Part shown: positions 40,468-50,946 of the stretch, piece after piece
Numbering within the stretch: the first letter of the stretch is position 1
Layout: every line of letters starts with the position of its first letter
From: an uncultured bacterium
GTDB lineage: Bacteria; Auribacterota; Erginobacteria; Erginobacterales; Erginobacteraceae
Direction of reading: 5' to 3'
NCBI GenBank assembly: GCA_963822585.1
Contig: CAWGIE010000026.1
Location: forward strand, 224,001-288,000
Length of the DNA stretch: 64,000 nucleotides
Position numbers and translations under genes: made by a program
The notes under the pieces: model-generated
Told to the model about the DNA's origin: nothing
Seen by the model: only the letters and a program-made list of their open reading frames with translations
Database searches by the model: none

Positions 40468-40623
40468 TCCCCGGTTCTGCGCCGGAGGCGCATCCGCCTC
40501 TGGCGGAGAATCCGGGCGCCCCGATAATATTTCGAGGGAAAATGAGGTGTAGGTGGGACAACAGTTCCCCGGTTCTGCGCCGGAGGCGCATCCGCCTCTG
40601 GCGGAGAATCCGGGCGCCCCGAT
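40468..40623 (+). repeat. Two identical 58-bp repeats = tRNA-Pro 3' end with 30-nt insert in T-loop
   Basis: 40468-40525 and 40566-40623 identical; unique 42- and 40-nt spacers precede them. Confidence 0.92.
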
Positions 40624-40630
40624 GAATTAC

Positions 40631-40734
40631 GGAGTACTGGAGTGATGGAATATTGGAGTACTGGATAATAACCAGGGGGGGAGCCTCAGTCGGGCGCTGC
40701 CCATTATTCCAACATTCCAACACTCCATTACTCC
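40631..40734. repeat. TGGAGTNN 8-mer inverted-arm element
   Basis: GGAGTACTGGAGTGATGGAATATTGG ... CCATTATTCCAACATTCCAACACTCCATTACTCC. Confidence 0.85.
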
Positions 40735-40791
40735 CTTTTAAAATAGGTACCAATACAAACCTGAAGACAGTCAGTTGCCACAGTGACCGCC

Positions 40792-42084
40792 ATGAAACAG
40801 ATTAACGTCGGCCTGATCGGGTGGGGAACCGTCGGAACGGGAGTGATCAAAATCCTCCGCAAGAACGCGTCCCTCATCTCCCGCCGCCTCGGGGGGTCCC
40901 AAATTCGCATTTCCCGGATTGCCGACCTTGACCTGAAAAGAAAACGGGGGATCTCGGTTCCGGCGAAGATCCTGACCGGGGATCCTTCCCGGATTATCGA
41001 GGATCCGTCTATTCAGGTTGTTGTCGAGTTGACGGGGAGCATCGATCCGGCTGAAAAACTGATCAGGAGAGCCCTCCGGAACGGCAAACGGGTGGTAACC
41101 GCTAATAAAGCCCTGTTGGCTGAGAAGGGGATGCGCCTTTTCCGGGAAGCGGACAAGGCGAACCGCCGGATTTATTATGAAGCGAGCGTCGGCGGGGGGA
41201 TCCCTATTATTAAAGTACTGAAAGAAGGGCTGGCGGCCAACCGAATCCTCTCCGTTCTGGGGATTATTAACGGAACGACAAACTATATCCTGTCCCGGAT
41301 GACGGAAGCGAAGATGGAACTATCCGCCGCCCTTGCCGAAGCCCGGAGAAACGGTTATGCCGAGCGAAACCCCGCGCTCGATCTGGAGGGGGTTGATTCG
41401 GCCCACAAACTGGTGCTTCTGGCTTCCCTGGCGTTTGGCGGATGGGTGAACCTGAAAAAGATATATGTTGAAGGGATCGATGCAATAACCGGTGAGGATA
41501 TCGCCTATACCGCCGGGTTGGGTTATACGATCAAGCTTCTGGCAATCGCCAAGCAGACTTCAGCCGGGGCCGATATCCGGGTTCATCCTACCCTGATAAA
41601 ACATCAGCATCTTCTGGCTTCGGTGAACGGGGTCTTTAACGCCATCTATGTCGAAGGCGACTTCAGCGATCGCCAGATATATCAGGGGAAAGGGGCCGGA
41701 GAGGGTCCGACCGCCAGCGCGGTGGTGGCGGATCTGATCGAGGCGGGGAGAGAGATCGTGTCCGGCTCCACTTTTGAGCAGGGCTTCCCGGCAACCGGTT
41801 CCGAACTCAAACTCGCCCCCATGGGAGAGGTCGAATGCCGGCATTACATCAGGATCCCGGCCGTTGATCGTCCGGGGGTGCTGGCCAAAATATCAAGTAT
41901 CCTGGGTTCGGGAGGCATCAGTATCGCTTCAGTCATTCAGCGGGAACGGAAGGAAAACGGCGTCGTCCCGATAATCCTGATGACCCATAAAGCGAGGGAG
42001 GAGGCGCTCGTGGGCGCCCTCGCCCGAATCAACCGCCTGGCAGCGGTCAGAGGACGCCCCCTCCGGATACGGGTGGAAAACTAA
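40792..42084 (+). CDS. hom: Homoserine dehydrogenase with ACT domain
   Basis: GWGTVG, VVTANKA, EASVGGGIP, NGTTNYIL, DRPGVL. Confidence 0.96.
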   Translation: MKQINVGLIGWGTVGTGVIKILRKNASLISRRLGGSQIRISRIADLDLKRKRGISVPAKILTGDPSRIIEDPSIQVVVELTGSIDPAEKLIRRALRNGKRVVTANKALLAEKGMRLFREADKANRRIYYEASVGGGIPIIKVLKEGLAANRILSVLGIINGTTNYILSRMTEAKMELSAALAEARRNGYAERNPALDLEGVDSAHKLVLLASLAFGGWVNLKKIYVEGIDAITGEDIAYTAGLGYTIKLLAIAKQTSAGADIRVHPTLIKHQHLLASVNGVFNAIYVEGDFSDRQIYQGKGAGEGPTASAVVADLIEAGREIVSGSTFEQGFPATGSELKLAPMGEVECRHYIRIPAVDRPGVLAKISSILGSGGISIASVIQRERKENGVVPIILMTHKAREEALVGALARINRLAAVRGRPLRIRVEN

Positions 42085-42281
42085 GTGGCCCCATTCGCGA
42101 ATAAGGTTAGATCCGCGCGCCGGGTTCGCCACCTCTGCGCGGCCCCGGTTTCCCGCGTTCTTCGCCAGTCACCTGCCCCCGGAAGAATTCCTTGCCGTGA
42201 GCCGTCCACAGACCGGATCCCTGGCACCTTCAACTTTTTATCTATTTATCTATGAGAAGAACGACTGAGCAGGGTGTCTCC

Positions 42282-43481
42282 ATGAAATATGTGATCGTAC
42301 TGGGCGATGGGATGGCGGACTATTCCCTGGAGGAACTGAAGGGGAAGACACCGCTGGAAGCCGCGGTTACTCCCCACCTGGACCGGCTGGCCCGGGAGGG
42401 GGCAGGAGGAAGACTGAAGACGATCCCGTCCGGCCTCAGCCCCGGGAGCGACGTGGCGAATCTATCCATCCTGGGTTATAACCCGATACGGGAGTATACC
42501 GGGCGGGGACCGCTGGAGGCGGCCAGTCTGAAGATAGAACTGGAAGAAGATGACATCGCCTTCCGCTGCAATCTGATTACGGCGGCCGAAGGCATCCTGG
42601 TCGATTACAGCGCGGGGCACATCTCCACCCGCGAGGGTGCCGTTCTGATGGATTTGCTGGAGCAGCGCCTGGGGGGGCACGGGATACGTTTCTACCCCGG
42701 AAAAAGTTACCGCCATCTACTGATTGTCAAAGAACAACTCCTGGAAGACGGTCACGGATCTTTGAAAACAACTCCGCCGCACGATATTACCGGTCAGTTG
42801 CTGCAGCCGTCTCTCCCCCATGGGCGCGGCGCCCTTTTCCTCAACGATTTGATCACCCAGTCGAGGGTCCTCCTGACAAACCAAGAAGTCAATGAGATCC
42901 GGATCGACCTGGGAGAAAACCCGGCCAACATGATCTGGCCGTGGGGGGAAGGAAAACGCCCGCGTCTGGAACCATTCCGGGAAAAATTCGGACGAACCGG
43001 GGCGCTGATTTCCGCGGTCGACCTGCTGCGGGGATTAGCTCGTCTAATCGGGATGACCGTCATCGATGTCCCCGGGGCCACCGGATACTTTGACACGGAC
43101 TACCGGGGAAAAGGCCGGGCGGCCATCAACGCCCTGGAAGATCATGACCTGGTTTACCTCCATGTCGAGGCTCCCGATGAAGCAGGACATACCGGGAATA
43201 TCACCGAAAAAATAAAATCGATAGAAAGGATTGATGAGGATATCATTGCCCCTCTACTGGACGCCGCCCGGGACAACCCCTCTCTCCGGGTGGCGGTGCT
43301 TCCCGACCATGCCACTCCTATCTCGGTCAAGACGCACGTCGCCGATCCGGTCCCTTTTGCCGTCTGGGGGGAAGGAATCGAAGCCGACCGGATGACTTCC
43401 TTCAACGAAAAAGAAGCTCATCGCGGGCGGTTTCGTCAGCGGAGCGGACACCGGTTCATGCCGCTGCTTTTAAGCCTGTAA
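42282..43481 (+). CDS. Cofactor-independent phosphoglycerate mutase family (ApgM-like; proposed homoserine kinase clade)
   Basis: GDGMAD, PGSDVAN, GRGPLEA, HVEAPDEAGH, PDHATP. Confidence 0.88.
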   Translation: MKYVIVLGDGMADYSLEELKGKTPLEAAVTPHLDRLAREGAGGRLKTIPSGLSPGSDVANLSILGYNPIREYTGRGPLEAASLKIELEEDDIAFRCNLITAAEGILVDYSAGHISTREGAVLMDLLEQRLGGHGIRFYPGKSYRHLLIVKEQLLEDGHGSLKTTPPHDITGQLLQPSLPHGRGALFLNDLITQSRVLLTNQEVNEIRIDLGENPANMIWPWGEGKRPRLEPFREKFGRTGALISAVDLLRGLARLIGMTVIDVPGATGYFDTDYRGKGRAAINALEDHDLVYLHVEAPDEAGHTGNITEKIKSIERIDEDIIAPLLDAARDNPSLRVAVLPDHATPISVKTHVADPVPFAVWGEGIEADRMTSFNEKEAHRGRFRQRSGHRFMPLLLSL

Positions 43482-43535
43482 ATTGAGGTTGGTTATAATT
43501 ATTTTCAACCTATAGAATTCCAGCAAATGGCACAA

Positions 43536-43628
43536 TGGAGTGATGGAATGTTGGGGTGGTGGAGTGATGGGAACCCCGGCCGCCTTCCGGGAGACCAGTG
43601 CTCCATTATTCCATCATTCCAATACTCC
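43536..43628. repeat. TGGAGTNN 8-mer inverted-arm element
   Basis: TGGAGTGATGGAATGTTGG... / ...CCATTATTCCATCATTCCAATACTCC. Confidence 0.85.
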
Positions 43629-43700
43629 TTTCTATTATATTTTTCGATTCCGTTAACAATGTGACTATTACATTGAGGGAAGACATTGGAGAAATATCTC

Positions 43701-44933
43701 ATGGATATCATTGTTCAGAAATATGGCGGTTCATCGGTTGCTGACAGTGACCGGATAAAAAACGTCGCCCGGCGGGTCGGCCGCTCGAAATCACCGGGGG
43801 GGGGATTGGTAGTGGTGGTATCAGCCATGGGTGATACCACGGACAATCTGATACGACTGGCTGAAGAAATAAATCCGGCCCCCTCCGAACGGGAGCTTGA
43901 TCAGTTACTATCCACCGGGGAGCAGATCTCAGCGGCGTTGCTGGCCATGGCGATTGAGCATGCCGGATACCGGGCAGTTTCCCTGACCGGAAACCAGGTG
44001 GGGATACTGACGGACGATAGCCACACGAAAGCCAGAATATTCAAAATCGATCCCGAGAAAATAAGCGAGCTGCTGGCCGAAGATGCCATCGTGGTCGTGG
44101 CCGGTTTTCAGGGGATCAACGTCAAGCAGGATGTCACTACCCTGGGACGGGGGGGTTCAGATACAACCGCGGTGGCGCTGGCGGCCGTATTAAAAGCGAA
44201 AAGCTGCGAGATATACACCGACGTCGACGGCGTTTATACCGCCGATCCGCGGGTTGTTCCGGAAGCGGTCAAAATAGACCGGATCAGTTATGACGAGATG
44301 CTGGAGCTGGCCAGTCTGGGAGCGAAAGTAATTCAGAACAGGGCCGTGGAGTTCGCCAAGAAATTCAATGTCACCCTGCATGTCCGTTCAAGTTTTACCG
44401 AAGAAGAAGGAACGTATGTCATCCAGGAGGTAGATACCATGTCGATGGAGAAGGTCGTCATCCGGGGAGTAACTCTTAACCAGGAGGAAGCCAAATTAAC
44501 GATAACCATGGTTCCGGATACCCCCGGAATAGCCGCCCGAATATTTAAGACCATCGCCGCGGCCAATATCAATGTCGACATGATTATACAGAACGTCAGT
44601 GAGCAGGGATTCACCGACGTCTCCTTCACCGTTCCCCGTCCGGAACTGGCCAAGGCCCGAAAACTGCTGGAATCAATTTCCAGTGAGATTAAGGCCGGGG
44701 GTGTATCCACGGAAGAGGAAATTGCCAAGGTCTCCATCGTCGGAGTGGGGATGAAGAGCCATCCCGGCGTTGCCGCCACCATGTTCGAAGCGCTGGCCGA
44801 GGAGGGGATCAACATCATGATGATCAGCACCTCGGAGATCAAGATTTCCTGCGTGGTGCAGTCGGAAGACGGCGGAAAAGCGGCCCGGGCGCTCCATAAG
44901 GCGTTTGGCCTTGCCGGAGATCAGGTAGGATAG
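43701..44933 (+). CDS. lysC: Aspartate kinase
   Basis: [26 protein letters not shown], two ACT domains, STSEIKIS. Confidence 0.96.
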   Translation: MDIIVQKYGGSSVADSDRIKNVARRVGRSKSPGGGLVVVVSAMGDTTDNLIRLAEEINPAPSERELDQLLSTGEQISAALLAMAIEHAGYRAVSLTGNQVGILTDDSHTKARIFKIDPEKISELLAEDAIVVVAGFQGINVKQDVTTLGRGGSDTTAVALAAVLKAKSCEIYTDVDGVYTADPRVVPEAVKIDRISYDEMLELASLGAKVIQNRAVEFAKKFNVTLHVRSSFTEEEGTYVIQEVDTMSMEKVVIRGVTLNQEEAKLTITMVPDTPGIAARIFKTIAAANINVDMIIQNVSEQGFTDVSFTVPRPELAKARKLLESISSEIKAGGVSTEEEIAKVSIVGVGMKSHPGVAATMFEALAEEGINIMMISTSEIKISCVVQSEDGGKAARALHKAFGLAGDQVG

Positions 44934-44997
44934 AACCAGTGCTATATGATATTAAGTAACCCGATATAACTCAAATTCCAAATAACAAATCCCACAT

Positions 44998-46313
44998 CAG
45001 TAGTGTCCCAACGTTTACATCGTTAAATTTTGCAAGATGCTATTATATAGAAAGTTACATAGTAATATGTCTGTTTCCGACTTCAAAGCGAGTGTACGCT
45101 TGAACCCTTCAAATCATAAGGAGGGCAAGCATGTACACCGGACCGACGATCTTCTCCCAGTTGATGCAGCATCTTCCCTGGTATCGTTTTCACTCCATTG
45201 TTCAACGCTACCGAGGCGATCACAAAGTCAAAACTTTCCGTTGCACCGATCATTACCGCGTCATGGCATTCGCCCAATTAACTTATCGCGAGAGCCTGCG
45301 CGATATCGAAGCTTGCCTGCGAGCTATGCGTTCCAAGTTATTCCACATGGGCATCCGCTCGACTGTCTCTCGCAACAATCTGTCCCATGCCAACGAAAAG
45401 CGCGACTGGCGAATATATGCCGAGTTCGCTCAAATTCTCATAACCCAAGCCCGCAGCCTCTATGCCGACGAAGACCTTGGAATAGATCTGGACGCCACAG
45501 TCTACGCCCTGGATTCCACGACGATCGATCTCTGTTTATCTATGTTCCCGTGGGCTCGATTCCGCCAAACCAAAGGAGCAATCAAGTTACATACTCTGCT
45601 CAACCTTCGCGGCGCAATTCCCGAATTTGTGCTGATTTCCGACGGGAAACTACACGATCTCAACGTTCTCGACTATCTGATTCCATTGCCCGGCGCATAT
45701 TATGTCATGGATCGCGGTTACCTGGATTTCGGAAGGCTTTATCAACTTCATACCACCAAAGCATTCTTCGTGACCCGTGCCAAAACCAACTTCAAATTTC
45801 GCCGGCGATATTCACATCCAGTGGACAAAACAACCGGGCTGATCTGCGATCAGACCATTCTGCTTACCACCTTCTATTCGGCAAAGGCTTATCCCGAGCC
45901 AATACGACGCATCAAGTTCTTCGACAGAAATACCGATTTGCTGCTGGTCTTTCTGACCAACGATTTCCATTCTTCCGCTCTTACGATAGCTCAACTTTTC
46001 CGGCTTCGCTGGCAAATCGAACTGTTCTTCAAATGGATCAAGAACCATCTCCGCATCAAGGCTTTTTACGGGACAAGCCCCAATGCAGTGAAAACACAAA
46101 TCTGGATCGCCATCAGCACTTACCTGCTCATAGCGATTATCCGCAAACGCCTTCAAATCGAACTTCCGCTCTACACAATTCTACAGATTTTGAGTGTATC
46201 TCTTTTCGAAAAAGCTCCTCTGTTAGAGACGCTTACAGATCTTGACTACATTCAGAAAGATAGCAACTTATGTAACCAGTTGATGTTATTTGACTAACGT
46301 TGGGACACTACTG
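44998..46313 (+). mobile_element. Complete IS4-family insertion sequence, 1316 bp
   Basis: Perfect 18-bp TIR CAGTAGTGTCCCAACGTT (44998-45015 / 46296-46313); 9-bp TSD ATCCCACAT (44989-44997 / 46314-46322). Confidence 0.96.
45131..46297 (+). CDS. IS4-family DDE transposase
   Basis: ALDSTTI, MDRGY, RWQIELFFKWIK. Confidence 0.96.
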   Translation: MYTGPTIFSQLMQHLPWYRFHSIVQRYRGDHKVKTFRCTDHYRVMAFAQLTYRESLRDIEACLRAMRSKLFHMGIRSTVSRNNLSHANEKRDWRIYAEFAQILITQARSLYADEDLGIDLDATVYALDSTTIDLCLSMFPWARFRQTKGAIKLHTLLNLRGAIPEFVLISDGKLHDLNVLDYLIPLPGAYYVMDRGYLDFGRLYQLHTTKAFFVTRAKTNFKFRRRYSHPVDKTTGLICDQTILLTTFYSAKAYPEPIRRIKFFDRNTDLLLVFLTNDFHSSALTIAQLFRLRWQIELFFKWIKNHLRIKAFYGTSPNAVKTQIWIAISTYLLIAIIRKRLQIELPLYTILQILSVSLFEKAPLLETLTDLDYIQKDSNLCNQLMLFD

Positions 46314-46401
46314 ATCCCACATATCAAACAAATCACACATTCCAAACTCGAAAATGAGATACATTTTTCGAAGAGGATCAGGATAGAAAGGGAGCGGGAC
46401 A

Positions 46402-47997
46402 ATGACGACTAAACAGAAAATCCTCCTGTATGATACTACTTTGCGCGACGGCGGACAGGCGGAAGGGGTCAGCTTCTCCCTCCCCGATAAGCTGAGAATC
46501 GCCTCCCGTCTCGACGCTCTCGGTATCCAGTACATCGAAGGAGGCTGGCCCGGCTCGAACCCGAAGGATATGGCCTTCTTCCGGGAAATCCGGCGCTGCC
46601 CGCTGAAGCAGGCCCGGATCGTCGCCTTCGGCAGTACCCGTCGGGGGGGATTGAGAGTGGAGAAGGACGAGAATGTCGCCGCTCTGCTGGCTGCCCGCAC
46701 GCCATCAATCGCCGTTTTCGGTAAAAGCTGGCTTCTTCATGTCACCGACGTTCTGCGGGTCTCTCCGGAGACCAACATCATCATGATCCGCGAGACCGTC
46801 TCCTACCTGAAGTCGAAGGGCAGGGAGATTATTTATGACGCCGAACACTTCTTCGACGGCTACCGGGATGATCCCCGCTACGCGGAAGCCACCCTCCGGG
46901 CGGCGGCGGACGCCGGGGCGGATTTCCTGGTTCTCTGCGATACGAATGGGGGATGCCTCCCCGAAGATATTTACTCCATTACGAAGGAAATCTCCCGGCA
47001 ACTCCCCCCGGCGCTGGGGATCCATGCCCACAATGATGGGGGCCTGGGGGTAGCCAATTCCCTGGCGGCGGTCCGCGCCGGCGCCGTTATGGTCCAGGGA
47101 ACGATTAACGGCTACGGGGAGCGAACGGGGAACGCCAACCTCTGCACGATTGTACCCAACCTGGTTTTGAAAATGAAGCGTCCTGCGCTCAGCCGGCGCC
47201 AGCTGAAAAAGCTCGGGGAAGTCTCGCGGTTTGTGGACGAGATGGCCAATATCACCCCGGACACCCGGGCTCCCTTCATCGGGGCCAGCGCTTTCGCCCA
47301 CAAAGGGGGCATGCACGTGGACGCGGTCCGGAAAAACCCGAAAACGTTCGAACACATCGACCCTTCTTCCGTCGGCAACCGGAGGCGGATCCTGGTCTCG
47401 GAGCTTTCGGGGAAGAGCAACGTGGTGCTGAAAGCCGTCGAGTTCGGTGTTGACCTGGGGAAAGAAACACCGGAGACCCGGCGGATACTGGAGGAAGTTA
47501 AACGCCTGGGAGAACAGGGATACGAATTCGAAGGGGCCGACGCCTCCTTCCGGATTCTGATCCAGAAAGCGCTTCACAAGCACAAGACTTTTTTTGAGCT
47601 GGAAGGCTTCCGGGTAATCGTTGAAAAACGAAAAGACGAACCGTCTGTCTCGGAGGCCACTATCAAAATCAAGGTCGGGGGTGTCAGCGAACTGTCCGCC
47701 GGGGAAGGGGATGGTCCCGTGAATGCTCTCGACAACGCCCTCAGGAAAGTTCTCCGGCGATTCTATCCTCAGATCAATGAGGTCCACCTGGCCGATTTCA
47801 AGGTCAGGGACCTGGACGCGGCGGCGGGGACGGCCGCCAAGGTGCGGGTATTGATCCAGTCCCGGGATAAAGAGGGGATCTGGGGGACGGTCGGGGTCTC
47901 CGAAAATGTCATCGAGGCCAGCTGGCAGGCACTGGTGGATAGTGTCGATTATAAGCTTTTAAAAGATAGAAGCAAAATGACGAAAACCAAAAAATGA
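46402..47997 (+). CDS. cimA: Citramalate synthase
   Basis: [48 protein letters not shown]. Confidence 0.93.
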   Translation: MTTKQKILLYDTTLRDGGQAEGVSFSLPDKLRIASRLDALGIQYIEGGWPGSNPKDMAFFREIRRCPLKQARIVAFGSTRRGGLRVEKDENVAALLAARTPSIAVFGKSWLLHVTDVLRVSPETNIIMIRETVSYLKSKGREIIYDAEHFFDGYRDDPRYAEATLRAAADAGADFLVLCDTNGGCLPEDIYSITKEISRQLPPALGIHAHNDGGLGVANSLAAVRAGAVMVQGTINGYGERTGNANLCTIVPNLVLKMKRPALSRRQLKKLGEVSRFVDEMANITPDTRAPFIGASAFAHKGGMHVDAVRKNPKTFEHIDPSSVGNRRRILVSELSGKSNVVLKAVEFGVDLGKETPETRRILEEVKRLGEQGYEFEGADASFRILIQKALHKHKTFFELEGFRVIVEKRKDEPSVSEATIKIKVGGVSELSAGEGDGPVNALDNALRKVLRRFYPQINEVHLADFKVRDLDAAAGTAAKVRVLIQSRDKEGIWGTVGVSENVIEASWQALVDSVDYKLLKDRSKMTKTKK

Positions 47998-48023
47998 CGA
48001 AACCCGAACGCCGAACGAAAAAA

Positions 48024-48088
48024 CAGTAATCGGTAATCAGTGATCAGTAATCAGTTTACCTGTTACCGATTACCGATTACCGATTACC
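48024..48088. repeat. CRGTAAT 7-mer inverted-arm element
   Basis: CAGTAATCGGTAATCAGTGATCAGTAATCAG ... GTTACCGATTACCGATTACCGATTACC. Confidence 0.85.
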
Positions 48089-48134
48089 CCCCCGAAATCG
48101 CGACCCGGCAACCCGGTCTTTTCAGGAATAAATC

Positions 48135-50780
48135 ATGATCGAAGAAAGAAATAACAACCTGACCTGGCCGTCCCGTTATGATCCGAAACAGGTTGAGAGT
48201 TCGATCTACCGGCTCTGGCAGGAGCATGACTGTTTCACGGCTTCTCCCGCCGGCCCCGACCCCTACGTCATCGTTATCCCGCCTCCCAATATCACGGGAA
48301 TTCTGACGATGGGACATGTCCTGAACAACACCCTCCAGGATATCCTGATCCGCTGGCAGAGAATGGGGGGACGGGAGACGCTCTGGCTGCCCGGCACCGA
48401 TCACGCGGGGATCGCCACCCAGAATGTGGTAGAGAAAAAATTAGCCGAAGAAGGCCTGACCCGTGAAGAACTGGGCCGGGAAAAATTCGTCCAGCGTGTC
48501 TGGGACTGGAAAGAGCAATATGGGGGGACCATTATTCGGCAGCTGAAGAAACTAGGGTGCTCTTGCGACTGGACACGAGAGCGTTTCACCCTCGATTCCG
48601 GTCTTTCCCGGGCGGTGAGAGAGGTCTTTATCGACCTTTACCGGAAAGGCCTTATCTACCGGGGCCCTTACCTGATCAACTGGTGCCCGCGCTGCCATAC
48701 AGCCCTCTCCGATGAAGAGGTCGAACACCAGGAGAAAAAAGGCTCTCTCTGGTACATCCGTTATCCTCTCAAGGCCGGGGGTTGGATCCCGGTCGCGACC
48801 ACGAGGCCGGAAACCATGCTCGGCGATACCGCGGTGGCGGTTCATCCCGATGACAGCCGGTTTCGTCACTTGATCGGGAAAAAAGTCCTGCTTCCCTTCG
48901 TTCAGCGCGAGATCCCGGTTATCGCCGATGAATTTGTCGATCCGCGTTTCGGGACCGGGGCGGTCAAAGTCACCCCGGCCCATGACCCCAACGATTTCAT
49001 GCTCGGGCGTCGTCACGGTCTTCCCGAGATAGTCATCATGGATACCGCGGCCAGGATGAACGAAAAGGCGGGAGATGATTTCAAGGGGATGGACCGGTTT
49101 GCATGCCGCGAAAAACTGGTGAAGCTGCTGGGAGAGCGAAATCTGCTGGAGAAAGTCGAGCCTCACCTCCATTCCGTCGGCGAATGTTACCGCTGCCAAA
49201 CCGTCATCGAGCCCTATCTTTCCGTCCAGTGGTTTGTGCGCATGAAGCCTCTGGCCGAACCCGCTCTCCGAGCGGTCCGGGAAGGCGCCGTGACTTTTTA
49301 TCCCCAGCGCTGGGTGAAAGTGTATGAGCACTGGATGGAGAATATCCGTGATTGGTGCATCAGCCGGCAATTATGGTGGGGGCACCGGATTCCGGCCTGG
49401 TACCGCGGCGAAGAGATTTACGTCGGGGAAACTCCTCCCGGAGGAGAAGGGTGGACGCAGGACGAAGATGTTCTCGATACCTGGTTTTCCTCCTGGCTCT
49501 GGCCCTTCTCCACGCTCGGCTGGCCCGATCAGACCCCCGACCTGGAGGCGTTTTATCCCACCTCCGATCTGGTCACGGGCCCGGATATCATTTTCTTCTG
49601 GGTGGCCCGGATGATAATGGCGGGACTGGAATTCAGGGGCGAGGTTCCTTTCCGCCAGGTGTACTTCACCGGAATTATCCGGGATATGGAAGGGCGGAAG
49701 ATGAGCAAATCCCTGGGAAACTCCCCGGATCCGCTGGACGTGATCGAGGAGTACGGCGCCGACGCCCTCCGTTTCACGATCGCCCGCCTCTCTCCGATCG
49801 GCCAGGATGTTCATTACTCCAACCCCCTTTGCGAACTGGGGAGAAATTTCGCCAATAAGATATGGAACGCATCGCGATTCGCGGCGGCTCAGATGCAGGG
49901 CGGGGATCTCGCCGATCCTCGCCGGAGTCGGGCCCTTCTCTCCCTGGATGACCGCTCTATACTCGACCAGCTGCAGAGGACCATCGAAATCTGCCAGGAC
50001 TCTCTGGCCTCTTTTCATTTTAATGACGCCGCCCTCGGGCTCTATGATTTTTTCTGGCATCATTTCTGCGACCGTTACCTGGAAAGCGCCAAGTTCTATC
50101 TCCAGGCTGAAGACGAGGCCCGAAAGGCGGTTGTCCGGGGGGTACTCTCCGAAGTCCTCACCACGTCACTGAGACTGCTTCACCCTTTCATGCCGTTTAT
50201 AACCGAGGAAATCTGGCAGATCCTCCGGCAGGGATCGATCCTGATCCGGGCAGCCTGGCCGCGGCCGGATCAGGAACTATTCTTTCCGGACGCGCGGGAA
50301 CCGGCCGCTCTCAAATACGAGATCATCAGCGCGGCCCGCAATCTGAGGAAAGAATACGGTCTCTCCCCGGCCCTCAAGGTCAATGTTTTTATCAAGCCCT
50401 CGGAAAAAACAACGGCCGAGATCCTGGCCCGGGAAGCGGAAAGCATGGGCATTTTGATTAAAAACTGTCTGGTAACGGTTGACGCCGGCTACCGGCCGCC
50501 GGGGATCGTTCCCTCGACCATCGTTCCCGGATGTGAAATTTACATGCCTCTCCGGGGTATTATCGATTTCGACGCGGAACGGGAGCGGTTCGCGAAGAAA
50601 CTGGAGAAGGCCGAGGGAGCATTGCATAAAATACGGGGGAGGCTGAGCAATCCGGATTTCATCTCCCGGGCGCCGGACGAGATCAGGAAGAAGAACGAGG
50701 AGCAACTGGAGGAACTGACCCGGGAAATCGAGACAGTGCGGAAGATACTCTCCACTCTTATTTCTCCTGCGGAGAAATAA
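48135..50780 (+). CDS. valS: Valine--tRNA ligase
   Basis: PPPNITG, DHAGIATQ, WCISRQLWWGH, KMSKS, C-terminal coiled coil. Confidence 0.98.
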   Translation: MIEERNNNLTWPSRYDPKQVESSIYRLWQEHDCFTASPAGPDPYVIVIPPPNITGILTMGHVLNNTLQDILIRWQRMGGRETLWLPGTDHAGIATQNVVEKKLAEEGLTREELGREKFVQRVWDWKEQYGGTIIRQLKKLGCSCDWTRERFTLDSGLSRAVREVFIDLYRKGLIYRGPYLINWCPRCHTALSDEEVEHQEKKGSLWYIRYPLKAGGWIPVATTRPETMLGDTAVAVHPDDSRFRHLIGKKVLLPFVQREIPVIADEFVDPRFGTGAVKVTPAHDPNDFMLGRRHGLPEIVIMDTAARMNEKAGDDFKGMDRFACREKLVKLLGERNLLEKVEPHLHSVGECYRCQTVIEPYLSVQWFVRMKPLAEPALRAVREGAVTFYPQRWVKVYEHWMENIRDWCISRQLWWGHRIPAWYRGEEIYVGETPPGGEGWTQDEDVLDTWFSSWLWPFSTLGWPDQTPDLEAFYPTSDLVTGPDIIFFWVARMIMAGLEFRGEVPFRQVYFTGIIRDMEGRKMSKSLGNSPDPLDVIEEYGADALRFTIARLSPIGQDVHYSNPLCELGRNFANKIWNASRFAAAQMQGGDLADPRRSRALLSLDDRSILDQLQRTIEICQDSLASFHFNDAALGLYDFFWHHFCDRYLESAKFYLQAEDEARKAVVRGVLSEVLTTSLRLLHPFMPFITEEIWQILRQGSILIRAAWPRPDQELFFPDAREPAALKYEIISAARNLRKEYGLSPALKVNVFIKPSEKTTAEILAREAESMGILIKNCLVTVDAGYRPPGIVPSTIVPGCEIYMPLRGIIDFDAERERFAKKLEKAEGALHKIRGRLSNPDFISRAPDEIRKKNEEQLEELTREIETVRKILSTLISPAEK

Positions 50781-50946
50781 AAAGGAAAATATTCATAACA
50801 CGCACCTGATATGTTATATGTCGGCAGTGGGAATAAATACTTTTTATGACAACGCTTTGAGGATGCTCCTGTTGTTTAAACAATAGACCCCGATTGGAAC
50901 AATCGGGGTCCACTATTAAGAAGCGCCGAAGGCGCTTATTAATAAA

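Noticed and set aside
40426..40623. Calling the tRNA-linked repeat-spacer run a CRISPR array
   Set aside because: Repeats are 58 bp and tRNA-derived, only two copies, no cas genes or leader; reported as a separate finding
40441..40623. Additional intron-containing tRNA genes
   Set aside because: No 5' acceptor strand or anticodon arm precedes either copy; GGTAGAGCA in spacer 1 is only D-loop-like
48282..48320. ValS HIGH motif reading LTMGH
   Set aside because: Single substitution in an otherwise intact essential gene; likely ordinary lineage variation
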